The notes: a model not told the origin generated them from the letters alone. DNA of 18,171 nucleotides from a bacterium (GCA_046757165.1 JBHHXT010000094.1:1-18171), one strand, 5' to 3'. Shown: positions 1-7,823, numbered from the stretch's first letter. Numbers and translations are program-made.

Positions 1-3000
1 TTCAACAGCACCAATTTCTTGCTCGTCGTCCGTCCGCCCGCTTGCAGCCTGTAGATGTAGACACCGGAGCTCAGTGGGGTGCCTGAGCTGTCCTTCCCAT
101 CCCAGACAACCGTCTTCGTCCCTGCGGGCTGGGGGCCGTCCACGAGGGTGCGCACAGTCTCGCCCAGCAGGTTGTAGATGCGCAAGACCACGCGGGTGTC
201 CGCGGGCAGGTCATAGGTGATAGAAGTGGTTGGGTTGAACGGGTTGGGATAGTTTTGCCGCAGGACAAACCGTTGCGGTGCTTGTGGCGACCGGGCCACC
301 GAGGTGAGCGTGCTGCCTTCTTCAATGGTCAGGAACTGGTTGACGGCGACATTCTTCAGAACGTCGAGGCGGCCGGAAGGCCATTCGATGCGCAGGGAAT
401 CGATGCTGGCGGCGTCTCCCAGACCAAAATGGGCACGCAAGCTGTTTTGCGAGCGGTCGCCCGTTGGACTTCCCGACACGTGGCGTACCTGCCAATAGGT
501 TTTTCCGAAGACCGTGGCTTTGATGCGTACGTTCGCCCCGATGCCGGCTTTGTTCGAGGTCGTGCCGACGCAGGTGACGTTCAGCCAGTTGTTCCTGGTG
601 CCGCCGTCGTTGCGGTACAAGAAATTGGGTGCCGGGTCCCCGTTGCTGGGGGTTGCATTGACAACATAGAGGTCGAGGTCGCCGTCGTTGTCATAGTCAC
701 CCCAGGCGCAGCTTTGCGAGCTGGCTACGTTTGCGACCAGGCGCCCAACCTCCGAGGTTGTCACGCGCGTAAACTGGTCGCCGCCATCGTTGCGATAGAG
801 GCGCCCATTGCCGGAGGCGGCGGAGGTGACGTACAGGTCCAGGTCGCCGTCGTTGTCATAATCGCCCCAGCCGCTGCCCAGGGACCGGCCGCCATCATTG
901 ACGATCGCTCCGGTGGTGATGCGAGTGAAACGACCGCTGGTGCGCCAATCATTGCGGTACAGGACATTGTTGCCGCCGAAGACGCTCAGGGTGACATCCG
1001 GGTCGCCGTCGTTGTCGTAGTCGCCCCAGCTTGCCGAGAAGTCAAAATCGCGTCTGGTCACGATGTCGCCGCTGGTGATTTGCTGAAACGAGAGCGTGCC
1101 GGTTTCACTCAGGAGATTGAGATAGAGTTGGTTGGGCTCGCCGCCGATATCGCTGCCGTTTTTTGCAATCAACACGTCCTGGTCGCCGTCCTGGTCAAAA
1201 TCGATCCAACTGCCGACGCTGCTGCTCTGGGGCGCGGTTCCGTTCACAAAGGTCACGGTGGTGATTTTTGTGAAATGACCGCTGCCGTCGTTTTCGTAGA
1301 AGGAATCCGGGAATTGACGCTGCGACGCCAGCGTGTGCAGGTCGAGATCCCCGTCATTGTCGTAGTCCACCCAACTGCTCGTCAGGGTGAATGCGCTGTC
1401 GGCGACGATGTCGCCGGTTGTCACGCGCGTCAACGTGTAGTTTGGCGGGCCGTCGTTCTGATAAAGAAAATTCAGAAAAAAGGGCGGCTGCTGCTGTGAA
1501 TCGCCGCCGTTGCTGACATAGAGATCGAGGAAGCCATCGTTGTTGAAATCTCCCCAGATGCTTGACGACGACCGGCTGACGTCCCGGGCAATATCGCCCG
1601 TGGTCACTTTGCTGAACGTGCCATCGCCATTGTTCTGGTAGAGCGACAGGCTATTCGCCGTGGATAGATTGCTGACCAGCATATCGAGGTAGCCGTCGTT
1701 ATTAAAATCTCCCCAACTGCATCCTGAGCTGAATTCTGCATCCTCCACAATTGGGCCGCTGGTGATTTGGGTAAAATGATGTTCGTAGGCAACCCGGTCA
1801 GTGATCACGAGCGTCTCGCGACTGTCGCGCCTGAGACCTTCGCCATCGAAAGCCGTCACCTTCCAGTAGAATTCCTGACCTGGCTCCAGGAGGGCCGAGG
1901 AGGCCATAAAGGTGGTGTCGGCAGTGGTAAACCTGGCCACCACATCTGTGAAGCGTACATCGGCCGCCAGCAGCACCTCGTACTGCACAGCGGTCTGCGA
2001 ATCGGGATCCGGTGACTGGCGCCAGGTCAAACGAATCCCCTCTGCGCTGAAATCGTCGCCGGCAGGGACAAGCAAGCTGAAGGGCAAGGGGTGGCGAATG
2101 GCCTCGATCCCGGTGGCGGCCTGCAGGACATCGATCAGACCCCAGCCGCGGTTGTTGTCCGGGGCGGCGGCATTTCCGGCGGTCTGCTTCAGCGCCGCCA
2201 TCACCTGCTGCGGCGTCCAGTCCGGGTGCGCCTCGAGCAGCAGCGCGACGCTGCCACTGACCAGAGGGGTGGCCAGGGAGGTACCGCTGGCCGGATTGTA
2301 GCGACTGTTGTTCTGCGCATTGGCCCAGAGCGTCGAAACACCGCGCGCCACCACTTCCGGCTTGGTGCGGCCGTCGGCGGTCGGGCCGCGGGAGCTGAAG
2401 CCCGCGACACGATTGCTGAAATCTACCGCACCGACCGCGAACATATCCTTGGCATCGGCGGGGGTCCACAAACTGCTCACACCTGGACCCGAGTTGCCGA
2501 TGGCGTTGCACAGGACAATGCCGCGCGAGGCCGCCAGGGAGGCGGCTCTCGTGGTGACGGCCGTTTCCCCGTCCAGCTCCGAGAACGTGTATCCGCTGCC
2601 ATCGTCGAAGGTCAGGTACGCCAGCGAGCTGCTGACCACCTCTGCGCCGAGACTGTCAGCCCACTCGAGCGCGGCCACCCAGTTGTCCTCCTCGACGCGC
2701 GTCTCGGAGGCGACATTTTCTGTTTTGGCCAAAACGAAGGAGGCCCCGTAAGCCGGCCCGATGAGGTGCTGTGGTGCAAATCCGCCGAGCACTGAGAAGA
2801 CGCCGGTGCCATGATTGTGCTGACTGAACACATCCTGGGGCTCGTTCTGCGTGTCGTTGTCATCAAAGATAAAATCGTGCTCAGCAATGATGTCGCGCGT
2901 GCGCAGGGCGTCATGCTCCTTGTTGAAGCCGGTGTCCAGAATGCCGACGATCACGCCGTTGCCAGAAAAGCCCATCTCATGCAGCGCCGGAACTTGTATT

Positions 3001-3635
3001 TGTTCGACCTGATCGAAGGAGGGGCCGTAGGGCAGCGCCTGCCGCGCCACCTCGTCTCGTGTTGAACGCAGATTTCTCTCCGGGGCAGCCTGCCCAAAAG
3101 GTTGGGTGTCAGGGCTCTTGAAGCGCGCGACCGGGCGGATTTGGCGCACGAAGCGAAATCGTGCAATTTTCTCCAGCGTGGGGAGGTCTGCCCGAACGCT
3201 CACGCCGTTCAACCAGCGCGACTGGCGCAGAAGTTTCGCGCCCAAGGCTTTGAGTTTGTTGAGGTAGTCCCGGCTGACAGGCAGATCGTAAAAGTCCAGC
3301 AGGTCTTCTCCCAGGGCTTTTTGCCGCCGGTGGCGGGCCCGGGGCAGGATGGTTGCTTTCGCGGCAGAAATGGCCTCTCGATATTCGCGTTGCGAAAAAA
3401 TGGACTTGTCTGTGAAAAAGACCCATGCTTTCAGGGGCCGTGTGCCTGCTTCTTGAACCAGCCGCTCGAATGCCCGTTTTGCCAGCACCGGGCTTTCCTT
3501 TAACTGTGTCAGTTGGAGGTTCGACGGGTTGTGGTCTTCTCCGCCAGTGGCAAGAATCGCAGGGTTGGCGTCAAGCGCTGTAAGCAGCAGGGCAAAAATC
3601 CATACGGTGCAGAATCTGGTTCCGGGAATAGTCAT
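1..3635 (-). CDS. Secreted multidomain S8 (subtilisin-family) serine peptidase: signal peptide, propeptide, S8 domain, FN3-like linker, 7x FG-GAP/VCBS propeller, ASPIC/UnbV domain, T9SS/FlgD-Ig-like C-terminal domain (3' end just outside the window)
   Basis: Translated by hand; not in the ORF track. ATG at 3635 with AAGGAG upstream (3645-3650), and no stop in frame down to position 1. Starts MTIPGTRFCTVWIFALLLTALDANPA. Catalytic triad GILDTG (D at 2934-2936), HNHGTGV (H at 2811-2813), SGTSLATP (S at 2277-2279), with oxyanion AIGNSG. Seven W(G/V/I)D(F/Y)(N/D)xDGxxD repeats at ~570-1780, then NNWLNV...GIGANV...HFGLG...IEWPSG (ASPIC/UnbV) and QNYPNPFNP...WDGKD...SGVYIYRL...KKLVLLK. Confidence 0.95.
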   Translation of the reverse strand, partial: MTIPGTRFCTVWIFALLLTALDANPAILATGGEDHNPSNLQLTQLKESPVLAKRAFERLVQEAGTRPLKAWVFFTDKSIFSQREYREAISAAKATILPRARHRRQKALGEDLLDFYDLPVSRDYLNKLKALGAKLLRQSRWLNGVSVRADLPTLEKIARFRFVRQIRPVARFKSPDTQPFGQAAPERNLRSTRDEVARQALPYGPSFDQVEQIQVPALHEMGFSGNGVIVGILDTGFNKEHDALRTRDIIAEHDFIFDDNDTQNEPQDVFSQHNHGTGVFSVLGGFAPQHLIGPAYGASFVLAKTENVASETRVEEDNWVAALEWADSLGAEVVSSSLAYLTFDDGSGYTFSELDGETAVTTRAASLAASRGIVLCNAIGNSGPGVSSLWTPADAKDMFAVGAVDFSNRVAGFSSRGPTADGRTKPEVVARGVSTLWANAQNNSRYNPASGTSLATPLVSGSVALLLEAHPDWTPQQVMAALKQTAGNAAAPDNNRGWGLIDVLQAATGIEAIRHPLPFSLLVPAGDDFSAEGIRLTWRQSPDPDSQTAVQYEVLLAADVRFTDVVARFTTADTTFMASSALLEPGQEFYWKVTAFDGEGLRRDSRETLVITDRVAYEHHFTQITSGPIVEDAEFSSGCSWGDFNNDGYLDMLVSNLSTANSLSLYQNNGDGTFSKVTTGDIARDVSRSSSSIWGDFNNDGFLDLYVSNGGDSQQQPPFFLNFLYQNDGPPNYTLTRVTTGDIVADSAFTLTSSWVDYDNDGDLDLHTLASQRQFPDSFYENDGSGHFTKITTVTFVNGTAPQSSSVGSWIDFDQDGDQDVLIAKNGSDIGGEPNQLYLNLLSETGTLSFQQITSGDIVTRRDFDFSASWGDYDNDGDPDVTLSVFGGNNVLYRNDWRTSGRFTRITTGAIVNDGGRSLGSGWGDYDNDGDLDLYVTSAASGNGRLYRNDGGDQFTRVTTSEVGRLVANVASSQSCAWGDYDNDGDLDLYVVNATPSNGDPAPNFLYRNDGGTRNNWLNVTCVGTTSNKAGIGANVRIKATVFGKTYWQVRHVSGSPTGDRSQNSLRAHFGLGDAASIDSLRIEWPSGRLDVLKNVAVNQFLTIEEGSTLTSVARSPQAPQRFVLRQNYPNPFNPTTSITYDLPADTRVVLRIYNLLGETVRTLVDGPQPAGTKTVVWDGKDSSGTPLSSGVYIYRLQAGGRTTSKKLVLL

Positions 3636-3773
3636 CGTAACGGTCTCCTTCATTATTTCTCGGTCTCATCGTTCTCTCGAACCGGTTTTTATCCATCCAA
3701 TCGGAAAGTGCTGTCACCCTTTAGAGTGTGCTACAAGGTACCAAGATTCTCTCCCGGGAGTGCATGGCACGTT

Positions 3774-3914
3774 CTGGTTCCCACGCTCCGCGTGGAGAAC
3801 CAGTTTTTGACGCTCCGCGTCAAGTAAAGGAACGCAGAGCCTCAAACCCTGGTTCCAACGCAGAGCCTCAAACCCTGGTTCGGTTCCAGACACAGTCGGA
3901 GACCGTGTTGGATC
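3774..3914. repeat. Composite REP/REPIN-like palindromic cluster with an internal tandem duplication
   Basis: Hairpin CTGGTTC-CCACGC-TCC-GCGTGG-A-GAACCAG (3774-3803). Hairpin TTGACGC-TCC-GCGTCAA (3807-3823). Exact 25-bp direct repeat AACGCAGAGCCTCAAACCCTGGTTC at 3831-3855 and 3857-3881. Hairpin ACACAGTC-GGA-GACCGTGT followed by TGGATC (3890-3914). Confidence 0.85.
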
Positions 3915-4014
3915 TTTCCCAGCAAGCCAGCCGATTTTTTTATTGATCCTGACACAAATATTAGTGATATTTAACAAATAGGTTGACGTCCTTCTTACCG
4001 GTATACCAATCGCG

Positions 4015-6600
4015 GTGAACAGCACTTTGAAAACTATCGTCCTGCCAGCCGGTCTTGTCGTTTTGTTCTGTGCTTTGGCCCTTTTGCCGTTTCCCTGGAA
4101 TGAAGGCGCTAATGATCTATTTATCACCTGGCAATTCAAGATTCGGGGGGAGCGGCACCTGAGCGATGAGTTTGTTTTGGTGTACATTGACGCCGAGGAT
4201 ATTCAAACGCTCGGCGGGTGGCCGCTAACGCACGACTACTACGGCTACATCACGCACGCTCTCACCTCGCTCGGTGCCAGGGTGATCGGCTTCAATCTGT
4301 TGTTTGATTCTGCGGATCCACGGTTTCCTGAGTATGACGACATTCTGGTCGACTTTGTGCAAACCGCGGGGAATGTTTGTTTGCCTTTTGCGTTTTATCG
4401 TTTGACAGCGCCTTCCCATGGTCAGACTCTTCTTGCCGGCGAAACACCGGTCTTTCCGCTTGCCGAGCTGAGAGATCACGCTCAGGCCATCGGGTTCAGC
4501 AATTTGCCCTCGGCGGCCATGCACCACAGGACGCCACTTTTGGCCGCCGCGCAGGGCGACACGCTCACCTCCTTCGGGGTGGCACTGGCCCAGAGCTACC
4601 TTCGCGCTGATGACGGCTTCCGGTTCTCCTCCCGTATGCTGACGCTCACCGGAGCAAATGAACGACTCAGGGTCGTGACCGATGAAAACGGCCAGCTCCG
4701 CCTCAATCATTTTGGCGGGATTGACCGATTGCACACCATCGGGTTTCTTGACCTGATGCAAGCTTTTGAAGCCGGCAGCGATTCGCTCATGCTGGAGGGG
4801 AAAATTGTGCTCATCGATGTCACAGCGCCGGGCATTCCAACCCTGGCGTCGACGCCGCTGGCTGCTGCCCTGCCGACCAGTCTCATCCATGCGACGGTCG
4901 CCGAAAACATCATTCATCAGAATTTCTTACGGGAGGCGCCGGCGCCCGTGCTCGTGATTCTAATCGCCACCACCGTTTGTATGCTCTGGTTCTGGGGGCA
5001 AACCAAACCCCGACGGCTCAATATCACCGGTGCGTTGAGTGTCCTCCTTTTCCTCTGGTGTCTGGCGCAGATGCTGTTCAGTTTGGCCAATTTTGTCCTC
5101 CCTCTTTTTTATCCGACGCTGGCTATCCTGGCCACCGCAGGACTCTCAGGGCATCTTTTCGTTCGCCGAATGCGTTCTGATGATGTGATCATCAAGAGAC
5201 TTTTGCAGCAGGAGATCAGCAAAAAGGAGACGGAGCTGGCACGCGCCAGGAGCAGCCTGGCACACCTCGAGCAGCAACTTCAAGATGAATCTGTTTCTTC
5301 AGATGACACAAACAGGCTGGCGGAAGCGAGGCGGCATCAAATTCTCGAGATGGAAAAGCAACTCGATGATATGCATGACTACGTCACAACCGCACCCTCG
5401 AGGCCAAAACTCACTTTTTCCGACATCATTTGCCATGAAACCAGCCCGATGGGGGAGGTATTGGAGCTGATTTCAAAAGTGGCCGCGGATGATATCCCGG
5501 TTTTGATCCTGGGGGAGAGGGGGACTGGCAAGGAGATGGTCGCCCGGGCTATTCATCAAAGCAGCGAGCGCAAACACGCGCCCTTCGTCGCCGTCAACTG
5601 CGGTGCGCTGCCGGAGACCCTGCTGGAAAGTGAGTTGTTCGGGTATGAGAAGGGCAGCCTGACCGGAGCCCAATCACGACGAAAAGGCCGGTTTGAGCTG
5701 GCTGACCGGGGCACGATTTTTCTCGACGAGATTACAGAAACCAGCACCAGGTTGCAATCACAGCTCTTGCGCGTGTTGCAAGAAGGCAGATTCGAGCGCC
5801 TCGGCGGCGATCAGACGATCGCCGTGGACGTGCGCGTCGTGGCTGCGACCACTCGTGACGTCATGCAAGAAGGTGAGCAAGGTCCCTTTCGCGCCGATCT
5901 CTTCTTCCGCCTGAACGGCTTTCCAATCACCCTGCCCCCTTTGCGGGAACGTCTCGAAGATATTCCGCCGCTGACCAGGCACTTTCTGCCCGGGCACGGC
6001 TATGAGTCGGTCACGGCGGTCTCTGAACGCGCCATGGAGGTGCTGAAATCGTACGCCTGGCCCGGAAATGTTCGAGAGCTGGAGAATGCCGTGCGAGGCG
6101 CGGCCATGATTGCTCAAAGCAAAAAGCGCCGGCTGATTCAACCGCATGACCTGCCGCAGGAAATTCAGAACGCTTCCGGCCAGCTGGCCAGCGACTCCAA
6201 ATCCCTGGAGGAGCAAATTCTGGCTTCGCTGCGCGCCCACAAGTTTTCGCGTACCGCCATAAGCAAGACTGCAGAAGCGCTCGGCAACTGCGACCGCGAG
6301 ACCCTTGCCGAGTATTTTCGCGGCCTATGCTTTCAACAGATGGTGCAAAAGAAATTCAACCTCGAGCAGACCGTCACTGCGGTGGCAGGCAGCCGCGATG
6401 GTGAAATCCTGCAGCGCGTGCGAAACAAGCTGGAGGAATATATTAGAAATCTCCATCCCTTGCCAAACATCCGGCAAGCAGACCTCACGAAAAACAAAGG
6501 TCTGCCGTCACAATTCAAGGGGCTTCCCAACAAATTCCATCCCTATTTGTGGCAAGTGATTGAACACCTGCTGAAAAGAAAGAGGGTGGAGGGAGGATAG
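4015..6600 (+). CDS. Membrane-anchored CHASE2 sensor fused to a sigma54-interaction (NtrC-like AAA+) transcriptional regulator
   Basis: N-terminal TM helix. CHASE2-like motifs VLVYIDAEDIQTLGGWP, GARVIGFNLLF, GKIVLI and IHATVAENI. Three TM helices and a coiled coil follow. AAA+ domain has Walker A GERGTGKE, FVAVNCGALPETLLESELFG, GSLTGA, Walker B FLDEI, FRADLFFRLN and WPGNVRELEN. C-terminal HTH-like segment plus an extra helical tail. GTG start has no clear SD, so the start is uncertain. Confidence 0.92.
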   Translation: MNSTLKTIVLPAGLVVLFCALALLPFPWNEGANDLFITWQFKIRGERHLSDEFVLVYIDAEDIQTLGGWPLTHDYYGYITHALTSLGARVIGFNLLFDSADPRFPEYDDILVDFVQTAGNVCLPFAFYRLTAPSHGQTLLAGETPVFPLAELRDHAQAIGFSNLPSAAMHHRTPLLAAAQGDTLTSFGVALAQSYLRADDGFRFSSRMLTLTGANERLRVVTDENGQLRLNHFGGIDRLHTIGFLDLMQAFEAGSDSLMLEGKIVLIDVTAPGIPTLASTPLAAALPTSLIHATVAENIIHQNFLREAPAPVLVILIATTVCMLWFWGQTKPRRLNITGALSVLLFLWCLAQMLFSLANFVLPLFYPTLAILATAGLSGHLFVRRMRSDDVIIKRLLQQEISKKETELARARSSLAHLEQQLQDESVSSDDTNRLAEARRHQILEMEKQLDDMHDYVTTAPSRPKLTFSDIICHETSPMGEVLELISKVAADDIPVLILGERGTGKEMVARAIHQSSERKHAPFVAVNCGALPETLLESELFGYEKGSLTGAQSRRKGRFELADRGTIFLDEITETSTRLQSQLLRVLQEGRFERLGGDQTIAVDVRVVAATTRDVMQEGEQGPFRADLFFRLNGFPITLPPLRERLEDIPPLTRHFLPGHGYESVTAVSERAMEVLKSYAWPGNVRELENAVRGAAMIAQSKKRRLIQPHDLPQEIQNASGQLASDSKSLEEQILASLRAHKFSRTAISKTAEALGNCDRETLAEYFRGLCFQQMVQKKFNLEQTVTAVAGSRDGEILQRVRNKLEEYIRNLHPLPNIRQADLTKNKGLPSQFKGLPNKFHPYLWQVIEHLLKRKRVEGG

Positions 6601-6697
6601 AAGAGACGCGGCTCGCTAGTCCTGTTTTTCAAGGTCAAGTACCTATTGCCTCAAGCAGAGTCTGCAAAGCGCGCAGAGAATAAATTGAGCTGGGGTC

Positions 6698-6892
6698 GGT
6701 GTACAAGCTTTAGCTTGCTGGGGGCGGCGGAAAACACGCTAAAGAGCCTGTGTGAAAACATGGTAAAACAAACCTCTGGCTTGTCAAAAAAGGTCGATAA
6801 TTTAAGCTAAGATCTTGTTTTCTTTGCAATCCATTCTCGCAAGCAAGATGCTTGCGTTACATTTTCACACAAGCTCTAAAGCGTGAACACCC
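6698..6892. repeat. REP doublet (GC-TTTA-GC loop family) interrupted by a MITE
   Basis: Left unit GGTGTACAAGC-TTTA-GCTTG (~6698-6717). Removing the insert rebuilds the right unit as CACGC-TAAA-GCGTGAACACC, an inverted copy with a compensatory stem change. Confidence 0.8.
6744..6876. mobile_element. 133-bp MITE (non-autonomous IS derivative) with 15-bp TIRs and a 4-bp target duplication
   Basis: Left TIR GAGCCTGTGTGAAAA (6744-6758) and right TIR TTTTCACACAAGCTC (6862-6876) match 14/15. TAAA flanks both sides (6740-6743 and 6877-6880). No plausible internal ORF. Confidence 0.85.
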
Positions 6893-6955
6893 GAAACAAG
6901 ACCATCCCATCTGAAGATTTTCTTTCCCGGCGTTTTCATGAACAGGAGGTGTGAT

Positions 6956-7696
6956 GTGAGAACCAAGAAAGCCATTACTGCCCTGTGTCTGCTTTGTTCT
7001 TGCCAGGTCGTTTTTGGCGCGATCAGAGTGAAGATCGCAAAGATCCGGGGCGAAGTTAAAGTTCGTCGTGGTGCGGAGGAGACGTGGCAGCGGGCTTCTG
7101 CCGGGACCTGGCTCGAGGAGATGGACTCCATCTTGACCGGCAAGAGGGGGCAAGTGATTCTCGAGGCGCAGGCGGGAAAGACCTTTAAGCTCGGTCGCAA
7201 CACCATCCTGGATATCGCCGACTTGCGCCGAATTAGCGAACGGGAGCTTTTTCTTTTTCTGATGTCCTGCAAGCTCGAGCGGATCGGCCTGCGCGAGCGG
7301 AAGACCAAACTGAGCATCCAGGAAGTGAAGGGGGAAGAAGCGGAGCTCGAGGCGGATTCTCTCGCGGCTGTGGCGCGCGCGAACCATGAGCACGACTGGC
7401 TGCGCGAAAAAAACGGGGCCATCGCTCTGTATGCGCAGGACTATCCCACCAACGCGGTGGTGAAACTGAACAAGATTCTGCTCAGGTATCCCGAGGTGAG
7501 AGACTGCGGCGAAATTCACTATTACCTGGGGCAGGCATTCGAGGCGTTAGAAAAACCCGGACAGGCGGCTGAGGCCTATCAGCAAGTGCAAACACGAAGT
7601 CAGTTCGATTACTGCGAGCAACCGTGGATCGAAGAAGCTGCACGCGCTCTGCAACGGTCAAGAGACAACGTCTCGACTGGAAACTTCGCCCAGTAG
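6956..7696 (+). CDS. Exported protein with an N-terminal FecR-like beta domain and C-terminal TPR-like helices
   Basis: Likely start is GTG at 6956, with AGGAGG at 6944-6949 (the track uses ATG 6938, same frame). Signal peptide MRTKKAITALCLLCSCQVVFG. FecR-like pattern IRGEVKVRRG...W...AGTWLEEMDSILTG...VIL...FKLGRNTILDI. TPR-like EIHYYLGQAFEALEKPGQAAEAYQQV. Confidence 0.8.
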   Translation: MRTKKAITALCLLCSCQVVFGAIRVKIAKIRGEVKVRRGAEETWQRASAGTWLEEMDSILTGKRGQVILEAQAGKTFKLGRNTILDIADLRRISERELFLFLMSCKLERIGLRERKTKLSIQEVKGEEAELEADSLAAVARANHEHDWLREKNGAIALYAQDYPTNAVVKLNKILLRYPEVRDCGEIHYYLGQAFEALEKPGQAAEAYQQVQTRSQFDYCEQPWIEEAARALQRSRDNVSTGNFAQ

Positions 7697-7730
7697 AGAT
7701 GGCCCTGTGGACAGGAAAGGTAAAATATTC

Positions 7731-7808
7731 CACACGGATAAAGAAAACCCACACGGATTTCTTAAATCAAATTAAGATATTCTTCCGTGTGGTTTTTTGA
7801 TCCGTGTG
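7731..7808. repeat. Long imperfect inverted repeat (CACACGGA x2 ... TCCGTGTG x2) between convergent genes; possible bidirectional terminator
   Basis: CACACGGATAAAGAAAACCCACACGGATTTCTTAA pairs with TTAAGATATTCTTCCGTGTGGTTTTTTGATCCGTGTG. The right arm recurs at 11948-11988. Confidence 0.75.
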
Positions 7809-7823
7809 ACCCCAAAAATCCTA

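Noticed and set aside
255..3503. Long plus-strand ORFs (255..1499, 2091..2795, 3102..3503 and others) and short minus-strand ORFs in this span
   Set aside because: They are antisense or off-frame shadows of the S8/FG-GAP gene. The repeated VAVVVIV pattern is simply the reverse complement of the DYDNDGD repeats.
3728..3744. Possible sigma54 promoter for the protease gene (minus strand TTGGTACCTTGTAGCAC)
   Set aside because: GG and GC are 9 nt apart rather than the strictly required 10. TGGCACG at 3765 on the plus strand lacks the -12 GC.
3831..3881. Possible mini CRISPR array
   Set aside because: Only two adjacent copies, no spacer, and no cas genes.
3983..4010. TTGACG...TATACC as a sigma70 promoter for the regulator
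   Set aside because: The spacing is 13 nt, which is too short to support.
3513..4187. ORFs 3513..3827, 3529..3810, 3714..4187 and 3728..3946
   Set aside because: They cross REP hairpins and overlap real genes, with no recognisable motifs.
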